Below, in pieces: positions 12,605 through 25,232 of a DNA stretch of 64,000 nucleotides (its first letter is position 1; each line of letters starts with the position of its first letter). Origin of the DNA: Lama glama (taxonomy: Eukaryota); assembly GCA_028534125.1 (NCBI GenBank), contig CM052817.1, forward strand, positions 47,742,001 to 47,806,000. Direction: 5' to 3'. The position numbers and the translations under genes are program-made. The notes beneath the pieces are model-generated. The model had not been told where the DNA came from. It worked only from the letters and a program-made list of their open reading frames with translations, and did no database searches.

Positions 12605-15600
12605 GTGATACAAAGGATTATACAAACCACTACAAACAATTTTATGTCAACGAATTGGACAACCAAGAAAAAGATGGATAAATTCCTGGAAACACACAAT
12701 CTTCCAAGACTAAATCATGAAGTAGAAAATCTGAATAGACTAATTACTATTAGGGAAATTGAATCATTAATTTAAAAAAATTCCCAACAAATTTCCAGGA
12801 CAAGACAGGTTCACAGGTGAATTCTAGCCAACACTTGAATTCTTCTTAAATTATTCCCGAAGATTAAAGAGGAAGAAACATTTTCAAACTCACTTTACAA
12901 GGCCACCATTCCTAATACCAAAACCAATCATACCACACACACACATACTACAGCCAATATCACTGATTAGCATAGATGCAAAAATCCTCAAAGTATTAGC
13001 AAACCAAATTCAACAATACATTAAAAGGATCATGCACCACGATCAAGTGGGATTTGCAAGGATGGTTCAACATTCACAAGTCAATCAATGAAATACACCA
13101 TATTAACAAAGAATAAAAATCATATGATTATCTCATTAGATGCAGAAAAATTGCTTGACAAAACTCAACATCCACTTATGATAAAAACTTCAACAAAGTT
13201 GTTACAGAGGAAATGTACTTCAACATAATAAAAACCAAAATATGATCAACCTACAACTAACATCATACCCTTTGGTGAAAAACGGAAGCATCTTCTCCAA
13301 GATCAGGAACAAGACAAGGATGTCTACTCTCAACACTTTTATTTAACATAGTATTGTTGGAAGTCCTTGCCACCACAATTAGGCAAAAAAAAAAAAAGGC
13401 ACCCAAATTGGAAAGGAATACAACTACCACTATTCACAGTTGACATGACATGATACTGTGTATAGAAAACTAGTTTCTTAGTCTCTACCAGGAAACTACT
13501 AGAATAAAGTCAGTAATTTCAGGGTAAAAATTGATAAACAGAAATCAGTTGCACTTCTATGCACTAGTAATGATCTATCAGAAAGTGAAATTTTTAAAAA
13601 TCCCGTTTACGATTGCATCAGAAAGAATGAAATACCTAGAATAATTTAACCAAGAGATAAAAGATCTGCACACTGAAAACTAAGATATTGATGAAAGAAA
13701 CTGAAGACAACATAAATAAATGGAAAGATATACCATGCTCAGGGGTCAGAAAAATTAATATTGCTAAAATGTCCATACTGCTCAAAGCAATCTATGGATT
13801 TAATGCAATGCTTACCAGAATACTCATGGCATTTTTCACCAAACTAGAACAAATAATCCTAAAATTTTATGGAATCACTATAGACCCCCAAATGCCAAAG
13901 AAATCTTGAGAAAAAAGAGTGAAGCTGGAGGTATTGCATGCTCTGACTTCAGACTATACTCCAAAGCTCAGTAATCAAAACAGTATGGTACTGGCACAAA
14001 AACAGACACATAGGTCAATGAACAGGAAAGAGAGCCCCAAAGTAAACCCATGCACATATGGTCAATTAATCCATGACAAAGGAGGCGAGAATATAAAATG
14101 AAGAAAAGATAGTGTCTTCAGTAAATGGTGTTTGGAAAACTGAACAAATACATGCAAAAGAATGAATTGGACCACAATCTTACACCATGTACAAAAATAA
14201 ATTCAAAATGCGTTAAAGACTTGACTGTAAGACCTGAAACCATAAAACTCCTAAAAGAAAACATCAGTATTAAGTTCTTTTGTCACTGGTCTTAGCGATA
14301 TTTTTTGGAACCTGTTTCTCAGGCAAGGGCAATAAAAGCAAAAGAAACAAATGAGATTACATGAAACTAAAAGTTGTTGCACAATGAAGGAAACAATCAA
14401 CAAAGCAAAATGGCTGTACAGCACAGGGAAATATATACAAGATCCTGCGGTAGCTCACAGTGAAAAAAAATCTAACAATGAATATATGTATGTTCATGTA
14501 TAAATGAAAAATTGTGCTCTACACTGGAATTTGACACAACATTGTAAAATGACTATAACTCAATAAAAACAATGTTAAAAAAAACAAAATGGCAAACTAC
14601 TGAATGGGAAAAAACTATTTTCAAATTATATATATAATAAAGGATTCATATCCAAAATATTAAAAAACTCATACAACTTGAAATCAAAAAACACCCCAGT
14701 TGAAAAATGGGCAGAAGACTCAAATTGACATTTTCCCCCCACAGAAGTCATACAGATGGCCAACAGGCTTGTGAAAAGATGCTCAACATCACTAATCATC
14801 AGGGATATGCAAATCAAAACCACAGTGAGATATCACCTCACACCTGTCAATGACAATTATCAAAAAGACAACATGTAATAGGTGCTGGCGAGGATGTGCA
14901 GAAGTGGGAACCCTCATACACTGTTGGTGAAAATGTAAATTGGTGCAGCCCTTATGGAAAACAGTACGGATTTTCCTCAAAAATTGAAAATAGAACTACT
15001 ATAAAATCCAGCAATTCTACTTCTGTCTATTTATCCAAAGAAAACACTTATACTAACTGGAAATGATAAATATATACCTAGATTTATTGCAGCATTACTT
15101 ACAGTAGGCAAGATATGGAAACAACCTAAGTGTCCATAGATAGATGAATGGATTAAAAAAAAAAGATGTGGTATATGTATATACACACACACACAATGGA
15201 ATACTAGTCAGCCATACAACAAATTTTAAATCTTGCCTCTTAGGACAACATAGATGTATCTAGAAGGTATTATGTTAAAATGAAATGTCATACAGAGAAA
15301 TACAGAGACTGTATGATCTCATATGTGGAATCTAAAAAACAAACAAAACAAAAGAGAAACAGACTTATAGATTCAGAAAACAAACGTGGTTGCAGGGGAA
15401 GAAGGGTTTTGTGGGGAAGGTGAAATAGTTGAAGGGATTAAGAGTTACAGACTTGCAGTTATAAAATAAACAAACCACCGAGGGAGTGATGTACAGCGTA
15501 AGGAATACAGATGATAATATTTCAACAACTTTATATGGAGACAGTAGCTAGAAGCCCTGGTGACCATTTCAAAATGTATATAAATAACAAATCACTATGA

Positions 15601-15650
15601 TGTACAACTCAAATGAATACAATATTGTCTTTCAATTATACTTCAAAAAA
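12605..15650 (+). mobile_element. 5'-truncated L1 with decayed RT and C-terminal ORF2 plus 3' UTR
   Basis: ORF-track peptides MDKFLETHNLPRLNHE, KWKDIPCSGVRKINIAKMSILLKAIYGFNA; ends 'tcaattatacttcaaaaaa'. Confidence 0.95.
14415..14584 (+). mobile_element. Young lineage-specific L1 3' end nested in the older L1
   Basis: 'tgtacagcacagggaaatatatacaag…ttgacacaacattgtaaaatgactataactcaataaaa' plus A-tail; flanked by TSD caaaatggc (14406-14414 / 14585-14593). Confidence 0.9.
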
Positions 15651-16117
15651 TTGTAAAATCAATTTACAAAAATACCGTTTTTTATTTAGACTTAGTAACC
15701 ATTTACTAGGCAATGTCTCTAAAAGGCAAAAACAGCACAAGAGTTATACTTCTTGGTTCAATGTCTTCAGTGTTAGCTTTTTAATTAATGTCACATCATA
15801 GCTGAATGTTTTCAAAAAGCCATAAACATGGAAACGTTTGATATGCCATCTCTAAATGACTAACTGGTGATTATAAATTAGTATCTTTCCCACTAAAGAG
15901 TAGAAAAGAACATTGAAACTTTCTTCAAAAAGTTTGCCCTAGATTGTGAATTTAATAGACTGTGATACCAATGCTCTATACATGAGTAGGAGGTTAAGGC
16001 AGAACCCAGATTTACCAACCACTGTTTGAAGAGCAGATATGAGGAAGCATAATACAGGGCCTCAGTATTCTGTTAGCTCATATGCTATGATAATTCCAAT
16101 ATTTAACATAGGGACAT

Positions 16118-16308
16118 ACCATAGCACAGCAATTAAGAACATGATCTCGAGAACCAGACTGCCTGAGTTCGATTCTTGACTCTAGCCAGACTTTGGACAA
16201 ATTACTTAGCCTGTCTGTGCCCTCCCCTGCTTATTTGTACTCATAAGAGTATTCACCTCAGTGTTGTAATGAAGGCTAGATAAGCTAATACATGTAAAGT
16301 GCTTGTAA
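16118..16308 (+). mobile_element. MIR SINE
   Basis: 'ccagactgcctgagttcgattcttgactct…ctttggacaaattacttagcctgtctgtgcc…aatacatgtaaagtgcttg'. Confidence 0.85.
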
Positions 16309-16435
16309 TATTTAAGCCCCTGATATTTTTAAAATTAAGCACAACTGTAACTTAGCTACATTGCAAAACACTCACTGAAAAAATAACAGTGATAGAGTAT
16401 GTCATAACTCTCCCTCATTTTGGATGCTCATAGAG

Positions 16436-16608
16436 CAGTGGCTCTCAAAGCTTGGGAGAACCAGACCAGAAGCATCACCAACACCTGAGAAATTGCAAAT
16501 TTTGCCACATACCTGCTAAATCAGAAACTCTGATGTTGTGCCCGGACAGCTGTGTTTTAGCAAGTTTTCCAGATGTCTCTGAGGCACGTTAAAGTATGAG
16601 AGCCACTT
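16436..16608 (+). mobile_element. MER5A (hAT-Charlie MITE)
   Basis: TIRs 'cagtggctctcaaag' and 'aagtatgagagccact'; core 'cctgctaaatcagaaactctg'. Confidence 0.85.
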
Positions 16609-18209
16609 AAAGCATATTCTTGCCTACAGAGTGTTCTTTAAGCTAAAATGACTTATATACCTATCAGCCACAAAATACAGAAATAATAAAAATCATATGT
16701 GGTGATCTATAATAGGAAGATAAACAGAACTTTGCAAAAACAAAATCAAATCTTGAAACTAGTTTTTGGTGATTTTTTTAAGGGAAATTAAGAATTTAGG
16801 AAAAAATATATGTACCTTAATACATGCCTCAGGCCCCACTCACCATTACTATGAAGTTCAGTAGTAAAGCCAATAAAAATGAGATACCTTCTTCAAATAA
16901 ACATTGCTTGAACTACCTAAAAATAAAATGTCTTAGGCAAAACACTCAGTACAAGTCTGGTAAGTGGCATACCCTTAATAAATGGTATTTACTATTTACC
17001 TAGCACAGTTCTATGCATACAATCATGAGAAATATTCAAGCATAGAATCACAGAATCAACTTTAAATCACCTCGAAATGTTGTCAAAATTTGGTCTATTC
17101 TAATCTGTATCTATGCAGAACAATATCCAAACCATCCCAATTTTAATTTAAATAATGTATTTTAATTTCACTTATTTATGAAAAATATAATAATTTACAT
17201 CATTGATTCTTTATTAATATTCAGCCTATAGTCCATCTTAAGTTTATTCAAAAGAAAACCAATCAGTATGTTTCTTAATACAGTGTATTTTTAAACTTCT
17301 AAACAAATACTGTATCATGTTGATATGGGGCTATAAGTGCCATCAATAATATCCCTAAGTTTAATTCTTAATTCTAAATTCTTAATTTTAAATGGAATAT
17401 AAAGAGACCATCCCAGTAAATTAAATACATAGCAAGCCTAACACACATGTCTAAAAACAGAAAAAGATGACTATAGATCAAATCAGAACGAAATAAGCAT
17501 ACAAAATTATCCCTGAGTGTCATACTGACAATGCTAGAGATAAACTATTAACATTTGCTGTGAAATCTTAAACATTTCCAAAAGTCCTACACACGCAGCA
17601 AAATGGATAATTCCTCTTACATTACAAAAAATAACCAGTGTTTCCTATTTGGGTTGACCACTTCAAAACAATGTAGCACATTTCCTAAGAAAAATCTCAT
17701 TATTATCCTTTGTCCCACTTGAGCATTTTTCATCTTCACCTATACTGGCCTTCTAAGTTACATTTTAAAATTAAAATTAAATAGTAACTATCATTAATGA
17801 TATATGGATATATGACACCCTACCACAAATAATCTTTTTGACTAGAACACAATGTATCTTAAGAGAGAGAAACAAAAACACAGAGAACAATTTCTCTCGT
17901 TAGTAAAATAGCATGATAATAAACTGAAAATTTCATTTAAATTTGTCTAGTATTTTTTTTTTGGTGTCATAGTTTTGTTTTCCTGAAAGGATTACTGATA
18001 CATATGATTATCAAGATTATATTCTCCTTTAGTCATCAAGCATTCTCATGTACCAAGAGGTCCTGCGTACTGCGGTCCCTGCCTACCTCTCCAAACTCAG
18101 CCACTTTCCTTCTAAGTCACTGCACATGGCAACCCTGTTCTTTCAGTTTCTCAAGTATTGCAGGCTTTTTCTTGCACTTACCATCCCTTTTATGCTTCTC
18201 TATTTCTTC

Positions 18210-18535
18210 AATTAGATTAAAAACATCTAGACTACAAGGTAACTTCAAAAAGGCATCAATAAGTTTGACAACTAAACTGTCAAAAGAAATGATCAAAGAC
18301 AGAAGGCAAGGGAACAGCATCATTAAAGTGTTGAAAGAAAATAACTGCCAACCTTGAATTCTGAAACTAGAGAAAATACTCCAAAATTATGGTTAAAAAA
18401 AGAAGTTTTTGACAAACAAAAACTTAAAAGAATTGTTTGCTCACAGATCTGTACTAAAAGAAATTCTAAAGGCAGTTCATAAAGAACAAGGAAAATGATC
18501 TCATCCAGAAACATTAAAATGCGAGAAAGAATAAA
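18210..18535 (+). mobile_element. Old L1 ORF1 3' fragment
   Basis: 'taaagtgttgaaagaaaataactgccaaccttgaattct…aaacttaaaagaattgtttgc…ctaaaagaaattctaaagg'. Confidence 0.75.
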
Positions 18536-18865
18536 AAAGAGGACACTAATGAACTCATCTACAGAACAGAAACAGACTCACAGACATAGTAAACAATCTT
18601 ATGGTTACTGGAGGGAAGGGGATGTGAAGGGATAAATTTGGGAGTTTGAGATTTCCAAAGATTAACCACTATATATAAAAATAGATCTAAAACCCCCAAA
18701 TTTCTTCTGTATAGCACAGGGAAATATATTCAATATCTTATAAAAACCTTTAATGAAAAAGAATAGGAAAACAAATATATATGTATATATATGCATTACT
18801 GGGACATTATGCTGTACACCAGATGACACATTATAACTGACTATGCTTCAATTAAAAAAAAAAAA
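18536..18865 (+). mobile_element. Lineage-specific L1 3' UTR with A-tail
   Basis: 'aatgaactcatctacagaacagaaacagactcacagacatag…ctgtatagcacagggaaatatattcaatatc…actatgcttcaattaaaaaaa'. Confidence 0.9.
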
Positions 18866-18869
18866 GGAT

Positions 18870-19060
18870 TAGGAAGAGAATGAGGATATGGCCAAGGATT
18901 TGGGAAGCAAGACAACATGGTCGTTTTTGTTGAGTGCCAAGACGGTACAAAATGGGGATGAAAACATGGTGCAAGCGAGTTCAACTGTGTTTAAAGTGTT
19001 CAAGATACACAAACCACTCATTTAAGGAATTTCTACCCAAGGAAGAAAAAAGCTGGAAGT
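18870..19060 (-). mobile_element. L2 fragment
   Basis: 'tgttcaagatacacaaaccactcatttaaggaatttctacccaagg' resembles the L2 ORF2 antisense strand. Confidence 0.5.
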
Positions 19061-19619
19061 ATCTGAAAATGGCAATAGTTTCACTGGGTGAGCGATGTGT
19101 TTGCTTTGGCTTCTTGTTTCTGCTTTGGGTTTTCTTTTTCTTTAAGTTTAAGGAAAATATGATTGAAGGGAAAAGGGAAAGTTCTCTTTCCTTTCTGTTC
19201 TCCTTTTAATTCTCAGAGTTTGAGACAAATATTGGAAAATTTAGGACTAATAAACTGATTAGTGATTATTTAAAAATGCAATGAGAAGAATAATAAGTAT
19301 TGAGGAGAATAATAAGGAATATATTTACTAGTAAATAAACTAATATTAACTATCCAGAAAATGATAATAGCATACAATGTCATTTTAAATATAGGCACAA
19401 CCACCACCTAGTAGTCTAAGGGATTGGTAAATGGAGTTAACACGTAACAGTAGTATTGCTAAGACCAGACAGTCCCATTCTAATAAGGTAAATATTCAAC
19501 ACATTTATTCACCAAAAGAGAGGTACAAAAATGTTTGCTGAGGCACATGATAACCAGAAATTGCAAGCAATCCATGTTTTCTACATGACTGGAGTAATTA
19601 ATACACTTAAAAACCATTA

Positions 19620-20760
19620 TTAGTGCAAAAGCTAATATTGTAACAACTTTGGTTTATAACTCAAAATCTTGTTTTCTACATAATTTAAGAAACTAATGCG
19701 TTAAAATGATTAGTTTGTGTTTGGAGGCTCAAAATGTTTAAAGATGTAATTTTGTGACATCAACAGCTAAAGGGTGGGGTTGGAGCTGTAAAGGAGCAGA
19801 ATTATTATATGTTACTGACATTAAGCTGGTAAAAATTAAAATCAAAGTGTAATAACTTTAGGAGGTTAACTATAATCACTATAGTAACAAAAATAGCTAT
19901 GGAATACACAAAAACAAAATGAGAAAGGAATTTAAACATTTCGCTACAAAAAAATCAACTAAACACAACAGAATATAGTAACGCAAGAAATTAGGGACAA
20001 AAAGTCATAAGGCATACAAAAAAAATAGCACATTGACAGGAACAAGTCTCTCCTTATCAGTAACTACTTTAAATGTAACTTATTAAGCTCTCCAGTCAAA
20101 AGACAGATTAACAGAATGGATAAAAACACATGATCCAATTATATGCTGTCTACAAGTGATTCACTTGCGATCCAAAGCAGCAACATGTTGAAAGTCAAAG
20201 GATTAAAAAAAAGATATTGCATGCAAATGTAACTAAAAAGGAGGAGTGGCAGTTATACTATTATCAGAAAAAATGGACTTTAAATTATGAAAGTTTACAA
20301 GAGAAAAAAAGGACATGTTAATAAAAATTCAATATAGCAAGAAGATATAACAATTATGACAGACCATCAAACTATATAAAGCAAAACCTCACAGAATCAA
20401 GGGGAGTAATGGGCAGTTCTTCTTTAACAGTGGACAACTTCAATACCTCTCTCATAGTAATGGATAGAATAGCCAGACAGAAGAGAAACAAATAGAGCAC
20501 TTAAAGAAATGCAATACACCAACCAGATCTAACAGACTTATTATACCTAACACAACCCAACTGCAACAGACTACACAGTCTTCTCCAGTACGTATGGGAC
20601 ATTTTCCAGGCTAGGCCACAAATTAAGTCTCAATAGATATTAAGAGATAGATACCATATACAAAGTATCTTCTCTGAACACAATGGAATAAAGTCAGAAA
20701 TCAATAATAAAAAGAAAACTGGTAAATTCACCAAATTGTGGAAAGAAACTACACACTTTC
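19620..20760 (+). mobile_element. L1 inter-ORF region plus decayed ORF2 endonuclease domain
   Basis: Decayed APE motifs: atatgctgtctacaagtgattcac (ICCLQ.H), gacaacttcaatacctctctc (GDFNTPL-like), ttctctgaacacaatggaataaag (SDHNGIK-like). Confidence 0.88.
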
Positions 20761-20779
20761 AACCAAGTTATGGAAATTA

Positions 20780-21030
20780 TGGGTACCATTTTGATTCAGA
20801 GGTTGTGGATGTTGAAAGAGTTCTGCCTGAGAATCTTTATTTTCACACTGAAGTGAGTTTCAAGGTAAGTCGTTGAGAATGATGATGTGGGATGAGGCTG
20901 GGGGCTTGAGGAGGGTGGAACGTTTATAAACAAAGTGACATGAAAAATGGAAAATGAAGGTAACTAGGTTTGAGAAAAATACTTTCCCTGAAGTACTGAA
21001 ATCTCAACTAAAATGAGGGAGTTGGGATTT
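20780..21030 (-). mobile_element. Probable L2 fragment
   Basis: 'ttctgcctgagaatctttattttcacactgaagtgag…ggggcttgaggagg' similar to antisense L2. Confidence 0.45.
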
Positions 21031-21904
21031 TTAATAACTTCAACTAGAATCGTTCTGCGAGATTGGAATAACCTAGAAGTGGCTGGGAAGATGACGGCTG
21101 ACCCCTCCTTTGGCCAGGAGATCTGGGCTTCCAACTCGGAAGGGAAGGGGGAAGTGCTGCCTTTTACATAAAATCACTATTTACGTGCCTATGGGCATTT
21201 TTCTCAATAAATTGTCCATGCTTTTTCTTATTATTTGCTTGTGCTTGAGGAATGAACCTTACCAAAAACAAACAAAGTGGTATGAGTACATAGTCAGTAA
21301 TAAAAAATGTCTGTCTGTGCCGTAGGCAATGTTTTCAGATACATCACTTGAAAAGCACAGAATCAAATCCCATTCACTGCACTGAACTTAGAAATAATAT
21401 ACTGGTTTGGTGACATCCCAGGGTCACTTTTAAGCACACAAATTATAAGTATACTGATCCCAAGCATGACAAAGTGACAATTCCTTTCTCAAGAATTTTG
21501 TCTCATATCAAAAAAACAAACGAAAAAAAACCAAAAAATAGAGTGAATTTTCCTTAATCCAGAAGAGGAATACACATGATCATTGATTCTTTCCTTTGAT
21601 CATCAAACTGTAAATCCCTCTTCAGTACACTGTTTATTAGCACCTGTGTGGGAGTGTCTTACAGAACATGACAGAAGGACATACAATCAGTCACTTCTGT
21701 AAAAGAATGTGTTAAATTGGCGTGAGTAGAGCTGAATTCAGTGGCTAAACTTGTGGAATAATAATCTGGGAATTACTTTGGGGGAGGCTAAAAAGAACAA
21801 GAAAAATATATTCAGTGTATTTTGCTCCAGAATCTAAAGCACTTATCTCCACAACTGCTCATCTCCCTCCTGAGTCCATTTGCCTCTGGATCTGGCAGGA
21901 AGAG

Positions 21905-22070
21905 GAACAGAAGGAGCACTGATCTGGGAGTCAGGAACCCACAGTTCTGATCTTTGCAGTGTCACTATTTGACTTTTAGTGAATTAAAAATATCCCTGAT
22001 ATTTGTTTTCACATGTAGCTTGTATACATCTACACTAAGTGAATGAGACAAGTGAAACATTGTAGTATAT
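21905..22070 (+). mobile_element. MIR SINE (decayed)
   Basis: 'gagcactgatctgggagtcaggaacccacagttctgatc…gtcactatttgac'. Confidence 0.6.
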
Positions 22071-22636
22071 TAAATGTATTTTAATTCTTTCAAATAAGTA
22101 GCAATGAATCCTTCCAAATGTGGATTGCCACTTTGGTCTATTATCTTAATTTGAGGAAATAGAAAAAAAAATGGCCAGACTCACCCTCTACAAATGTTCC
22201 TTTATACCTTAGCAATAAGATCTTGGCAATTCCTCTAACATATACTGAGTACTTGTTATACACTATGTTCTATATGAAACAAGACATGATCCCCCCCATC
22301 ATGGAGACTACAGTGCAAAACTCCCCTTTCCCATCCACCTAAATATGTACACAGCTAATCGTAATACGAGCAGAATGTGGCAAGAGTTGGATTAGCAATA
22401 GTAGCAAGAAAAGAGTGGGAGGACTGAAAAAGGAGACATACATATGGATGAGAAAAGTGAGGAAAGGCTTTGGATGTGCCATAGAATTGCCCAAACGAAA
22501 ATGGAGGAAAAGACACTGCAGACAGAGGGAAGTGTACAATCAAATACAGCAGACGTAGAGAGGAATGAGTAACGGCGAGAGGGGAGTGGGGGTTACCAAG
22601 TGCTCCTTGAACACTTAACTGTGTTTGAGGCATTGT

Positions 22637-22972
22637 TCTTTTTTCTTTCTTTCTTTCTTTTTATTTATTTATTTTATTTTATTTTATTTTTTTACATTTT
22701 TATTGATTCATAATCATTTTACAGTGTTGTGTCAAATTCCAGTGTTCAGCACAATTTTTCAGTCATTCATGGACATATACACACTCATTGTCACATTTTT
22801 TTTTCTGTGAGTTATCATAACATTTTGTGTATATTTCCCTGTGCTATACAGTGTAATCTTGTTTATCTATTCTACAATTTGAAATCCCAGTCTATCCCTT
22901 CCCACCCTCCACCCCCCTGGTAACCACAAGTCTGTATTCTCTGTCCGTGAGTCTATTTCTGTCCTGTATTTA
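22637..22972 (-). mobile_element. Young camelid-type L1 3' end with (TTTC)/(TTTA/TTTTA) tail
   Basis: 'acatttttattgattcataatcattttacagtgttgtgtcaaattccagtgttcagcacaatttttcagtcattcatggacatatacacactcattgtcac'; tail decayed into a microsatellite at 22637-22693. Confidence 0.9.
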
Positions 22973-22987
22973 AAGCATACATTTTTG

Positions 22988-23068
22988 ATAAGCAAAATGA
23001 GTAAGTTCTAGAGATCTGCTCTACAACGTTGTGTCTACAGTCAACACTACTGTATTGTACACTTAAAT
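22988..23068 (+). mobile_element. L1MA9-like 3' UTR fragment
   Basis: 'tgagtaagttctagagatctgctctacaacgttgtgtctacagtcaacactactgtattgtacacttaaa', homologous to 2900-2965. Confidence 0.75.
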
Positions 23069-24296
23069 GTCTGATCTTTCTTAAATGGTAAGTTTGCTCA
23101 GTTAATCACCTTGGACTGAATTTGAATCTTCCAATAAATACACATAAAGCACAAGATCACAAGTTAGAGAAAAATTAAATTTTTTCTAAATAAATTGTAA
23201 CATTTCCCCTCCCTTTAAGCCAGAAAAACCATTAATTGCATTCCAGTGGGTCTATGAACACTGATAAAAACAGTAATTAATCGCACCTGGTCCATCAGCA
23301 AAAATGATAAGCTAGTCACACGGACCTTCATCTCTAATGCAGAGAGGACCAGGGATCCCTGTGCCAGGTGGAACAATCAGAACTTGGATAAAGGAGTTAC
23401 ACAAACATTCATCTAACCCATGTGTCATGGATTCCTCATTATTGTACCTGTACACATAATAAACACATATTCTCAGGAGGGTAACAAAAGAAACCTAAAT
23501 GGTACATTTTAATACTTATGTGAAATATAGCCATGTGCAGGACAATGTGTTAGAATCCAAATTTTGACACCAACCAAGTCTTTTAAAGAACAGAATTGCT
23601 ATAATCTAGATAAGGGAATAGAAAGTATGAATTTTAAAATAAAGAAGTATTTTCTTTTCAGTATAATGCACCTGGCAGAGAATAAGAACTCAATCACAGT
23701 TTTTGAATGCATTTTGAAAAAACAGTGTTTTGCTTTGATCTTTAGACTCCTAAAGACAGGGAACACTGTCAGCATATAATTTCTTATGACATGCCAGTTC
23801 TAAACTGCTGAGTGACATAATTTGCATATTCTGCATATTGAAGTCCTCTGTAACACTAAATACTACATGAAATAAAAATCATGTAATTTATCTGTTATTT
23901 TCAGAGAAAATAATTCAGATAGTAACCATTTGTGAGCAGTCATTTGCAGCAACCAAATTAACATTAATTTTGAAATAACCCTCCATAAACTTTTATCTTC
24001 AACTTGTATGAACATTCTTGAGATTTAAATAAAAGGAATAGCTTAAGAATTAAGGGAACTCTGCTAAAAAATACATAAATTTCTTTATATCTATTTAATG
24101 AGAAAATTAGATTACTATAACATAGCAAATTTTGACAGAGTACTGGATAATAACTTGCTTGGTTGGATAGCTTCATAAAGCCTAACTAATAATTAAGACT
24201 TTGGATAGCTTTATTATACTATATTAGGTACAGAGGGGTTTAACTCAGGTGATTAGCTATTCTTACTCTGGGAAATCAAACCAAATACTTTACCCA

Positions 24297-24348
24297 GGTA
24301 CAGGACTTTAAAGTACTCTTGGTGGTTCGTATAGAATTAGTAAATTAA
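24297..24348 (+). repeat. Arm A of a dispersed inverted-repeat set
   Basis: ggtacaggactttaaagta (24297-24315) is the exact reverse complement of 25272-25290 and extends with ttggtggtt..gtat. Confidence 0.9.
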
Positions 24349-24981
24349 ATAAGAACATATAATCAACACGGCCAGCAAACAACATTGAAGACTAATTCCA
24401 AAATTTTTTCTGAATGGGAAAACCAGTTGTTCAGTTTAACAATATTGAATCATTTTTGCTGTTTTGAAGGTGAGATAGCTGAAGAGTTGAAGTGATAGAT
24501 GTAATGGAAAGATTAAAGCAGGATGTTTATAAAATCCTTGTCAGAAAATCTTGTTTCTGCTATTGATATATTATTACCAGTAACAGTAGATAGAGCAAAT
24601 TTTCCACATATGCACTGAGTGACAGGTTATCTAGAGCCCTTAAGAGAATTTTTGTTTTGTTTTGCACCCCCACTCTCCCACACACACCCAGGTTAATCAT
24701 GTTATTATATCTCTTTCATGCTGTTGTTAGAAATCACTAGGGCCTGAATACTCCACAGAAATCAAGAATCCACATGTCACAAATCAAGAAGGTTTTTTTC
24801 CTTGTGTTTTAATTTACTGTTTTATTTTTATGTTACTACTTATTCATGAAGCACTTTGGTCTTCCCTGAAATCCAAGATGGAAGAAGGAATCACTCTGAA
24901 TGGCTTTAACATAAAAGACATATGGAAGACCAGCAGAAAGGAGGGGAGCTTCGTGCATGAAACCCAACCACTTTAAATAGG

Positions 24982-25014
24982 CCAAGAGTACTTTCAAGTC
25001 GTGGACCACCTGGT
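24982..25014 (-). repeat. Arm B (second reverse-complement partner of arm A)
   Basis: ccaagagtactttcaagtcgtggacc versus rc(A) ccaagagtactttaaagtcctgtacc: 23/26 identical. Confidence 0.8.
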
Positions 25015-25232
25015 GCACATCCCACAGGATGCATCTCCCACGTGGAAAGGGAGGGAGGAAGACACAAAGAAGCAAAGAAAGGGGACAGTGTGTACACTCA
25101 GAAAGGCACATTTATCTCATAGCAAAAGGAAAAATGCATGAAAGATCATAGAAAAAGACAAACAAGGCAACAATGATTACAACAGGAATATTAAAATAAC
25201 CCAAAAAATCTCAATGTGTTTGGGAGGTATAG

